Source of the DNA: Tricharina praecox | Lineage: Eukaryota | DNA: 20,000 nucleotides | Assembly: GCF_024521635.1 (NCBI RefSeq) | Contig: NW_026250414.1 | Coordinates: 987,965 to 1,007,964, forward strand | Reading direction: 5' to 3' | Shown: positions 8,738 to 18,407 of the stretch, piece by piece | Position numbering within the stretch: the stretch's first letter is position 1 | How the letters are laid out: each line of letters starts with the position of its first letter | Notes under the pieces: generated by a model | Database searches by the model: none | What the model was told of the DNA's origin: nothing | What the model saw: only the letters and a program-made list of their open reading frames with translations | Program-made: the position numbers and the translations under genes

Positions 8738-10084
8738 CTAATTCGACCACAACTTATATCCCGCCAGCGCCGCACCGCACACCACCGTCCCCACCACCGT
8801 CCCCAACCCCAACAGCGCCCCCTGATCAAAGAACCCAAAATTAGTGGTATGCTTAATCTTCAGATCGGGCATTACGCCCACCGGCCTCCTCTTCCTCCCA
8901 CCGCTCTCCAGCCTCTTCTCGCTGACAACACTCCGCCTGCACAAGAAGTCATCCGCCGAGATATCGTCGTAGTACGCTCCACGCACACTATTGACCAGCC
9001 CGACCCTTACCGCCGGCAGGAATTTGAGCATGTACTCGCCATACGCCTGCGTGCCCAAATACGTGAACCGGTTTATCTCGACGCCGTCGAGAATCAAGAG
9101 CGCCTCTTCGGTCGAGGTCGTGGGTATGATCCCGCCAATTCCAAGCGTCTTCTTCTTCGCGTGCAGCGGCTGCTCCACCTTCTCGACCGCGGACCTTCCA
9201 AGCAGCGAAGCAAGCTCCGAACAGAGTGAGGGGAGACACAATATCGCGGCCGGCGAGCAAAGCCCGGTCTGCGACTTTATCCCCGCGGCCGCGAGGGCGA
9301 GGTCAACGCCCGTGTCGAGGATGCAGATGATATTCGGACCGACTTCGCGCGCGATCTGCCGTTGTGGGATGCTCAGCCGGCGGCCGGTGGTGATGACGGT
9401 GTTCACCGCTAGCTGCTGGAACGCCGCCGATTCCGTGTGCGTGGAGATGACTATGTAGGCTTCACGGTCAAGGTAGCGGGGGAGCAGCGAGGCGAGCAGC
9501 GAGCTGGTCCGCCCCGGTGAGGGGGCGAGGAGCGCGCTGCTGCCGGCTTCGATGGCGAAGATCAAGGGGATCAGGAGAGAGGATAGTGGGTCTGGACGGA
9601 ACATCGTAAGCCATGACTACATAGTCCGGGGAGGTGATAGTTAGCCCGGTGGAACAAAGCGGAGCTAACCTGACTCGTGTCCGACAATCAACGCTACCTG
9701 TGATCCGGCCTCCTCGAGGCTGCGAGGCGCACTGAGCTTGTACAGCTTGAACAGCCGCTGGCTGGCGTCGACGCAATATCGGAACGGTTTGCGGATTACG
9801 TCCTCGACTTCTCGTGACGTATCTTCTCTCCTGTCATTCACTAACAGGGCAAAACAAAGCTTGGTGGGATTCCACCAACCTGCAGCAATCGCAGCAATAA
9901 GCTCCTTCTCGTTCTCCTGGAGCAGCTTGAATAGCTTCTGTAGTTGGAAGATCCGGTACCCAAACTGAGACGTTCGTCCATCGTTAACTGCTCCTTTGGC
10001 CAGCCGGAATGCCTACTGTTGTTAGAAGATGATTCACCAAGTCGGGCTAATAGGCGGTAGGGTACTGACCTGTAAACCGTCCAT
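8738..10084 (-). CDS. Aldehyde dehydrogenase-like protein (ALDH3/Hfd1-type fold), shortened and degenerate, with a C-terminal membrane anchor, ~384 aa, 4 exons
   Basis: Best model: exons 10084-10070, 10012-9880, 9822-9670, 9591-8738 (1155 nt); introns GTCAGT..TAG, GTTGGT..AAG, GTTAGC..CAG. Product: MDGLQAFRLAKGAVNDGRTSQFGYRIFQLQKLFKLLQENEKELIAAIAADT...VALIVGHESDPLSSLLIPLIFAIEAGSSALLAPS...TSSLLASLLPRYLDREAYIVI...REVGPNIICILDTGVDLALAA... This aligns by eye with fatty-aldehyde dehydrogenases (GRT...YR..QL..L...L.ENE..I..A+..D; VLIIG.WNYP....PL+.AI.AG; LL..LLP.YLD). It ends in the hydrophobic GFFDQGALLGLGTVVGTVVCGAALAGYKLWSN. The acceptors of introns 2 and 3 are less certain. Confidence 0.85.
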
Positions 10085-13000
10085 GATTTGGGGGCAGAAT
10101 GCGTCGCGGAGGGGGAAAAAAACAACTGAAATCCACGCTTTGGGCAGGGCGTTGCCTCCCTAGTTGTACATAGGATTAACTGCTCAGTTACATATGCGAG
10201 CCCGTATCGCCGTCATCCTGGAGAGCCGAGGTGGGCTGGTGGGGTGGGCGAGGGTGCGAACGAGGGGCGAGAGGCGACTCGGGGGGTGAGACATCGCACG
10301 ACGCTACATCTCCGGATTACCAGGGTTGCTTTGACAGTTGACCGTCGTCTCGGATGTGTGGAGCAGCCCCAGCGCCCCGGCGCCCAGGCCCTTTCTTGCT
10401 AACTAGCTCATCCCTACCCGACGGCGAGATCTCTCTGTGGGATTTTAGCAGGTACATACCCGCGCCCGCACCCACCCTGACCCGGCTACGTACCCAATCT
10501 AGAGTAGAGGACGCTGAGATACGTGGGGAGATACAAAACGCCCCCCCGCTCCGATAATGCTATTTAAATATCCTGGAGGTCTTGTTGACTCTCGAGTCTC
10601 GAGTATATCTACCGGGCCGACAATCGACACACGGGTATGTACCGGTATGTTGCACGCTTGGGGCCCACCACCCCCACACTTCGGGACCACATCGCCGCCC
10701 ACCGCCGCCCGCCCACAGCAAACGAAAGTTGCAGTTGTATGTATGTAACCGGTTGCTTTTCGCATCTGCGCATCTCTTGCTCGACCCGGCAGGCTGCAGC
10801 GGCTTCGGGACCACGCAAGGACATGACTTACATACATATGTGGGGAAGCCGGAGGGCTGATGGGTCGTGATGATTCGTACATAAAATCCTGGCGGGCGAA
10901 TACGAGAGGGTATCCCCGAGCATTCTACTCCGGTGGGTTATCTCCGTCGGTCAGACCACATAGGCTGCAGCAGACTTCAGACCATTGCGTTGGTGGTGAG
11001 GTGGCATCTATGTGGACGACGTAGAGTTCCGGCGGGGCAAGGCACACACTCTAAATCCGCGCACATGCGTGTGGGCGCCGTTGCGGCCTAGAGAGAAGGG
11101 CCCGCTTATGTAGAGTACCGTACCTCCGACGTCCCCTCACTCCGACAACTGGTCCGAAAGCCCCACTTCTAAGTCCGACCGTCCAAGCTCACTCCGCAGC
11201 CGAAATCCGTCTCTACCACGGAGTCCAAAAACACAGCTTTACCATGGCCAAAGTCCCCTTCTGTGCTGCATCTTTCTCGCACAGGGTCAGACCTGGACTC
11301 TGACTGCGTTCTCCTTTCGCGACTTCGACACGATCTGGAGTAGAGTATCTACATATCCACCTCCACCTCCTCCCTCGTTCGACATGGAATACGCTTCGTG
11401 GTCGAAAGCAAAGTAAATAACCTCTCAACCCCTCAACCCCCTCGCCGTAACACGCAGCGACGCGTTGTCACTGTGTCTCCTAGGTATCTCCTCGACGAGA
11501 TAGTTTCTCTGTGTGTATCGATTGGGTCTCACAGGCTATCACGCTATCATTCTGGAATTTAAGGTGGAGGCCTTCACGGTCTCTTAGTGTTATGTGGCCA
11601 CCTGTGTTCGTCGGGGCTCCCGGCGGGGGCGAGAGAAGCGCGCTGATGTGCGAGAGGAAACGGGGCGAGCGGTTCCCAGCCGAATCTGCCGATAACTAGT
11701 GTTCGTTTGTTTGTCCTCCCTCTCTGCGGACGTAACCGTGCTGGATCTCGCTGATGGGAAACCAGCATTCACACGCCGATTGCTTAGAGTACGACAGCCG
11801 TGCTTCGACGTCGTCCTCCCTGGTATCTCGGTTCGGTGATCGTAGGGGGAACACTTTCCTTCCATATGTCAACGAACGCTACCTTTGAGGGTCAACCGCG
11901 AAGTTGTGCTGGCTAGGACCCGGCCTCGGTCACTCACTCACTCGCACCCAGCACGGCGCTGCTGGGAGTGTAACCACAGAACATGGATGATTGTACCGTT
12001 GATGGCGCCGTGCTAGCTCCTGAACGGGGGGCATATCTCACTCCTCCTGGTGTCCAACACGGACAATGATCACACGAGCCGCGTGCGCTCGGTCTGTCAG
12101 ACTACAACGAGAGGATGGATGGCGCGCCGTACCTGGGCGTCAGCGACGGTGGGTCCGGCTGCGATATTTCCACCACGAAATTCACCAATGGCGAGTCCTG
12201 CTGGCGTTCCCGCAGGCGGTATGAAAGCAATACCGATGTATGCAGGGTGGGCAGGCGAGATATTGAAGGGAGATGACAGCGCACCAGTACGGTATCCGGC
12301 GTATTCCACAGCACCGACGGTCTACTGGAGACGGGGAACACTTCTGGCGATGGATAGGGAAAACTCGAGCTGCGGAAGGAAGCCACTCGCCATGCACGAA
12401 GACGACAAACGTCTCTAATGGATGGGGCCTGGATGCCAGTGGAGGTTCGTGCGCTCGCCGACGCCGATCGTGACAGGGTGAGATCCGGGAGTCCAAGACT
12501 AGCATGCTGCATCGACGGCCAAGCGATCTGGTAGGACTCGGGCTGCCAGTAATATGATTACCAGTCAGGCCGCAAGCGGCGCCGGTTCCAGTGACCGTGG
12601 TGGCGGTAATGGGCGTCGTACATAATGGGAGGTTTGCATGGGAGGTTTGCACGGAAGGTAGCGTGAGATGGCTGGTGCTTGGCTGGGTTCCTGTGATGAA
12701 GAATATGTGCGGGCTTGAGTGTTCTTGATTCGGTGGTGGGGGCTTGAGACAGATATGTTTTCATTACTACAACTACTAAGAGGCGGACAGTTGTTTCTGC
12801 AATGGCTGGGACCATCACCGAGTAACATGCTTCCATGGGCGCTGTCATCACGGCCACCAACCGCAACCGGGCCAAGTGGCCGAGTCTGCTTTCCGACCGA
12901 GTGGAAATCATTCATGTGGTGAAATTGATGGGCGTATGATGCACACGGCTGCCGTGGATCTGACGGGCGCACACTCACGAATGTCGCGCCCGATGCGGTT

Positions 13001-13998
13001 GGGGATGGAATAGATTCACTCAATCGGTGGATCGCGAATCATCACACGCACGAGTGCAAGACATAACTGCATTCACTGCATTCGCTGTGGAAGATGGAAT
13101 AGAAGCCCATGCAGACGCAGCTGGACACTCTGATGTGCGTCCAGGCCACAGACTGGAGAGTACTCGAGAGCACAGTATCTAGCATACCGATGTGGAGTAC
13201 AGGCATCCACCTGCAGGAGTTGACCGTTTGGCCGTCATGCAGCAAGCGGCACGTCCACATGCCGACCACCCGTCTAATCCCGGTCCCAGCGACCAACCAC
13301 CACGAGCCGCACCCGCCGAGTGAGCAGCCGTGCGTGTCTAGAGCTCGGTCCGAAGCAACCACCATTGGCCCCAACTGGCAACCGCCCATCATCAAACGGC
13401 CAGGGCCAGATCCAGCCTGTGTTCCCCCCGCCCTTCCTTTCCCCCCATCCCGTCCCTCCCTCCCCCACCCGCCAAACGGAACGGAACGAGTGCTGCAAAT
13501 TCCCCTCACTTGCCGCAAAAGGAATAATTCTCGAACGAAAATCTCACGTCACCCCGCCTATATACCCCATGTCGTGTCTCATGCATGCATATGCACCCAT
13601 CGAGCGAAGCCGGCCCACCACCATCCCAGGACACTCACTACGGATTCACTGCGGAAACTCACCACTCACCACTCAACCCTCACTGAACTCAACACACCGA
13701 ACACACGGACTCCGAGCGAACCATTCGAACCCTGCAGAACACGTGTGGCGCACTCCAACGGCGGCGTCTCCATGGTGAATCCTGTGGAAGGGAGTTGCGT
13801 CGCAGCAAGTGACGGACATGGCAACTGGCTAGTGACCACACGCGAATGACAGAGCGAGAGCTGACGACTGAACAGTGGCCGGTAGTGGTGTAAATGGAGT
13901 AGCGGAGAGGGGGGAGTGAGGGAAAGACGCCCGTTCATAAACCCATGGCGGCAACACACACTCTCGCACACACCACCTTCCTGCAACTGCACACCCCA

Positions 13999-14098
13999 CC
14001 CCTCTTTTCTTCTTCTCTTCTTCTTCTCTTCTTCTTCTAGCTCCCCCTTCCCCTTCCCCCTTCCCCTTCCCCTCCCCCCTTCCCCTTCCCCTCCCCCC
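13999..14098. repeat. Polypyrimidine tract: (CTT)n followed by (CCCCTT)n-like units
   Basis: About 100 nt of almost pure C/T, roughly 290 bp upstream of the PTH11-like ATG. Confidence 0.85.
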
Positions 14099-14388
14099 GA
14101 CGAAGTCTTACCTTCATATTCACTTTACTTTCGTCACTTACATACGAGCGAACCAGGCAGGCACGCAAACCAAACCAAAGCACGCAGGCATGCACTCAAC
14201 AGGAAACATTACTCCATCCCTCGCCCGCCCCTATTGACCGAAGCCAAAAAAAACCACTTAAACTACTCGACAAGACGGCTCCCCCGTCCGCCGCCTGGAT
14301 GAATGACTGAACGTTAACGTTGGGACCCGAAGCTCAAGACAATGCTCACCACCGCACCGCAACGCCCCACATCCAGTCGAAAGAAACC

Positions 14389-15476
14389 ATGCCAACGGCC
14401 TCCACCCACCTTGCGATACAGACTACTCTCTTCATCCTCGCCGCGCTCTTCCACATCGCTCGCTCCCTCCTCGATCTTCTCCCCGGCCGCCGGCGGGTCG
14501 TCTCTCGCGCCAGCACCTTCTGGGCCACCATCGGCCTGTTCTTTTACGCCGCCACCTTCGCGCTCGGTCGATACAGGGATGAATCCTCTGGCGCGGTGAT
14601 ATCCGCCGGGTTCATGGCGCCCGCCGCTTTGTGGGCGTTCAAGGTCTCGGTCACCAGTCTGTACCCGCAACTCGGCCTGCGACTGTTGGTCGTGGGCGTG
14701 CTCGGAGTGTACCTTGCCGCCTCCTTCTTGTCGGCGGTGTTGATCCAGCTATTTGTTTGCCGGCCGTGGCGGGAATGGGATGATGAATACTGCGGCGACA
14801 CCGCGGAGGTGGCCGCGTACTCGGCGCTAAACGTGAGCAGCTACATCATCGGTAACATCCCCACACACACGACCCCGGCGAACTCCCCGAACCGTAGCTG
14901 ACGGAGGTTATAGTCATGGCGATTCCAGTGTTCATATGGCGCACGTTGACGCAGAAACGGCCTGTGGCCATGCTGCTCGTATTATCGTCGGGGGTAGTGA
15001 TTATCAGCATCATCCACGCTGTCATCACACTAGAGATCGTCTCCCCCGCGAACGCGAAACTTCTCCCCGAAATCCTGGTCGACACGGAGCTTGCCCTCGC
15101 CCTGATCCTTACTACCATCCCGTCGCTATACCTCCACATCCGCTATCGCAAGACACCGCCGCCCACCACCGCCGTCGGAACAACCGACCTGGAGGCGGAA
15201 CTGCCACCACTGCCCGTCTCGCCCGGCGAGGAGCGGGAACTCGTTACGCTAGGGCTCGGCTTCGATCCAAGGCATCTCGGTGTTCTGCCGGATTCCATTC
15301 ACGAGGGGAGCTTTAGGAGTAGTGGGGAATCGACAGATGCCAGTCGCGACGCATTCAGGACGGATATCGTCGCAGGGTATGCAGTGCGGAAACATAATGA
15401 GGTGCAGAGCCGTGAGGAGGTTTGGGAGGGGGATGGGAATATGCCCGCGTCCCCGAGATCTATGGGTGGCAGTTAG
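14389..15476 (+). CDS. PTH11-like integral membrane protein (fungal rhodopsin-domain GPCR-like), no CFEM domain, ~341 aa, 2 exons
   Basis: Exons 14389-14851 and 14914-15476; intron 14852-14913 (GTAACA...GCTGAC...TAG). About seven hydrophobic helices, with family hallmarks LWAFKVSV..LY, LFVCRP..W....C, ALNVSSYIIVMAIP and E.ALALILTTIPSL, followed by a polar low-complexity C-terminal tail. Confidence 0.82.
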
Positions 15477-15639
15477 ATAGATATTAGATTACCTTGTACA
15501 TATTTGGTCTTTTGCGTTGCATTGGAGTTCGGGGTGGGCTATTTGTTTTATGGGTTATGGGAGGCTCGGTTGAATCGCGTTATATTTGTAGATCACTTAC
15601 TTCTCACTCGTCCTGTCGACCTTGTTCTCAGAAATCTTG

Positions 15640-16400
15640 ACCGCCCGCAAAGTGGAAGGACCACAGCCATTGCGGAACCAGGCCGCTGCCGTCCTCTCGC
15701 TCGCGTATCTGAATCATGGCATCGCATAGGCCAAGTGGAAGGAATCCAAGCCAAGGCCCGGACAGACGCGAAAGTCACCATGGAAAAGTACCGACACAGC
15801 CGGAAAGACAGCCAGGAACCGGATCCAAGCCCAGCCCAGCCCAGACTCCGAAGCGCCTGACCTCGAGGGCCTATGTGCCAGTTGAAGACGGTGTCACAGC
15901 CGGAAACCTAGCCAGGAACCGGATCCAAGCCCAGCCCAGCCCAGACTCCGAAGCGCCTGACCTCGAGGGCCTATGTGCCAGTTGAAGACGGTGTCCCACC
16001 GGCCAGTATCTCCGGTAGGCGACGAGCCGCCCTGACGCTGGGTGCGGATTGTGTCGCTATTTACAAGAATCAAGATACAGATGCGGATGGGGCTGCTCCT
16101 GAATGGAAGGGCCCGCACTGCGGAAGATATTGGGAAGGAGACGAGCGATGCAGCCAGGCCAGGCTAGGCCATCCTGGAATTTTTTCGCCACCATTGTTGT
16201 GGACACTGCGCGGGGGGATCCCGGACCTCTATGTATGAGGAAGACGCAGGTGAGACGTCCGAATGGCAGCTCGGGGAGCGGGAAAGGGCGTTGTTGGATT
16301 TTAACGGAGTGGGGTTGCTCCCACGGTTCCTTCTCACACCTAGAATCTTGTGATGGGGAGGCAGGGGAGGAGGCGGAGTGAAGAGCGGACGTTGTTTTCC
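15640..16400 (+). mobile_element. Decayed LINE ORF2 3' remnant, same family as 3034-3574 (boundaries approximate)
   Basis: Frameshifted pieces occur in the expected order: AKWKESK, KYRHSRK..QEPDPSPAQ, KRLTSRAY, QLKT (15979-15990), GQYLR*ATSRPDAGCGLC (from 16001; CX2C zinc knuckle), PEWKG, DERCSQA (16140-16160), AILEF (16168-16182), EEDAGETSEWQLGERER. DERCSQA-AILEF directly matches DERCSEAILEF in the copy at 3504-3469. Confidence 0.78.
15795..15995 (+). repeat. Tandem duplication with a 100-bp period inside the LINE remnant
   Basis: 15810-15895 is identical to 15910-15995 (86 nt). CACAGCCGGAAA is also repeated at 15795 and 15895. Confidence 0.95.
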
Positions 16401-16955
16401 TAGCTTTATGATTTCCTTGCTGCGCTATTACGTGTATGATCCGTGGGAAAGGTCAGGCGGAGGGCAGGGGAAGCCACGTCGGGCCGCTTGACGAAAGTCG
16501 GGTTGGACAGTTGACAGATGGGAACCGGAGTGTTACTGCCATGATCTACGGTAGACAGGTCGCCAGCAATTGATGATCCAACAAAATTTGTGACATGAAT
16601 ACGAATGGTATTGCGCCCGTGACATCCATCAATACGGGTAGTCATTCAATTACTCGATATTATTGTCGCCGAAGAATACACAGCACAGGCGGCGGCATGC
16701 GGGGGGCAAGACATGCACGCCTCAAGTATATATGGGATGACCTCACCCCCACTCTGCCACGGGATGTCCGCACCCCCCACACGTCACGAACAAAAGAACT
16801 CACATCCAGAACGAAAAAAGCAGAAAAGAACGCTACGTTGGTGAACAAGAGTACATAAGGCACGAACTCGATGGTGAACTGCATGCAGAGTCCAGATTGC
16901 CACTAACTAGGCGGCGCCTACGGGCCAACACTACAAGCCTATACTAGGACCTAGG

Positions 16956-18407
16956 TTAGTCCTCAGAAGCCTCCGGCTTCTTTCCATACGCGACGTGGCT
17001 GCCACGACAGTTAGTTAGTCCTCATCATACTCGTCATTTGGCGGGGAAGGTGGGGGGGGGGGGGGAAGGGGAGGATATGATATCAGCAGACTCACAACTT
17101 GCAATACATGTGATAATTCTTATTCCTGGCATCTTTCAAGCCGTCTTTACACAGCTGCGTAGCCTCATCCGTCGGCATGCCATGGATCCTCGTTATCGCC
17201 GCGAGCGCATAGGCCTCGATGCCGGTCTCGCACGTCATCAGCGCCATCGCGCCCACCTGCTTCATGACCCTGTCCTTCGGCCACGGGCCGACCGGCTGCT
17301 TGACCGTGATGCAGTGGATATCCGTGAACCCGGCGTCGGCGAGCCGCGCGGTGAGCACCTCCGGCGTTGGTGGGGGTCGGCCCATCTTGACGACTGCCGA
17401 GGTGAGAAGGTCCAATGTGCGCTTCAGCCCGTTGGAGTCTTTCATGCTCCCGTCGTCGCAGAATACTGAGACTTCCGTCTCCGCGAGCTCGACGTACCCG
17501 CCCGGCTTCGTGCACCGGTACATGTCTTTCATTAGCTCGGGCCATTTGCTGATAGACTGCGCGAGGTTGCGGCTGTGGATGAAGTCGAAGGTGTCCTGCG
17601 TCACGGGTCGTCAGCTGGAGGGTTCGCGGGGGAGGGGTGAAGGAGGACGGCGACTAGGTACGTACCGGTTTGTACATCCAGGGCTTTTCGACATCGTCGA
17701 CTTCGAATTTACTGCGCTGTCATGTTAGGGTGTTTTTTCCTTTGTGTAGGAGGTGGAAGAGGTATAGCGGCCATACCAGTTCGGCGGAACCCTACAGCTG
17801 CCGGGTTAGCTAGCTATCCATTCTGGCACACCCGCTCAACAGACGAAGGGCCTACCAAGAAGGCTGAATCGGACTCAGATCTATCCCCGTAACCACGGCC
17901 GAAGGATGCGAATCCGCCATATCGATAGCCCAAATCCCCGTCCCCGTTCCCACATCGAGGATCCGCTGCGGGTTCTCCAGTGGTGCCGTGTGCAGCTTTC
18001 GATCGAGCAGGCACAGCATGATCTCGTGATGCAGATCCATCCGGTCCTGTTCCTTCTCGTCCGTAGGCATCAGGTTTTTGTCGACGCCGAAGTAGGCATG
18101 GTAGCGACGGCCTGGTCGGTGGTGAGGTGCTCCGTTAGTCTAACACGATTACATCCTCCTCGAAAGCATCGTGGCATCGAAAACGACGAACCATTCTCGA
18201 AGATGTATTTCGTCACCGAAGAGGTCAGACTCGTCGTGTCCGTGTCGTAGCCGGAGCTCGCATAGTCTTCGTCGTCGTGGTTTGCGAGCTAGACAGTTAG
18301 TTCGCGAGCCACATCAACAGCGCTGTCGACGTCAAAGAGTGGGATGTCATTCACGTAGGAGGTAGGTAGTAACTCACAACAGCGGGGTCAACTTCAATTG
18401 CGGACAT
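16956..18407 (-). CDS. SAM-dependent methyltransferase, LaeA-like / TAM-domain family, 328 aa, 7 exons
   Basis: Exons 18407-18378, 18288-18192, 18111-17856, 17791-17777, 17711-17666, 17595-17096, 16998-16956 (987 nt; all introns GT-AG with CTRAC branch sites). Product: MSAIEVDPAVLANHDDEDYASSGYDTDTTSLTSSVTKYIFENGRRYHAYFG...PTDEKEQDRMDLHH...[55 protein letters not shown]...FDFIHSRNL...KPGGYVEL...PVGPWPKD...FHVAYGKKPE. This is a family paralogue; nothing shows it is the LaeA orthologue. Confidence 0.96.

Noticed and set aside
9592-9670. Possible stwintron (nested intron) in ALDH-like intron 3
   Set aside because: Removing 9669-9617 would leave only a 26-nt outer intron, and its removal frameshifts the product.
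10184-10216. 10-codon upstream ORF (MTAIRARICN*) before the ALDH-like gene
   Set aside because: The TSS is unknown and short uORF-like sequences are expected by chance.
13109-13849. 246-aa plus-strand ORF, the longest unexplained ORF
   Set aside because: Pro/His/Thr-rich translation of C-rich promoter-like DNA, with no motif or obvious codon bias and overlapping ORFs in other frames. Likely spurious, though not excluded.
15795-15995. Repeat pair considered as a CRISPR-like array or LTR pair
   Set aside because: Only two adjacent units with no unique spacers, in eukaryotic context, and no TG...CA termini. It is explained as a tandem duplication within a LINE relic.
17219-17728. Long antisense ORFs over the methyltransferase, ALDH-like and PTH11-like genes
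   Set aside because: Shadow ORFs caused by high GC at third positions of the real genes on the opposite strand.
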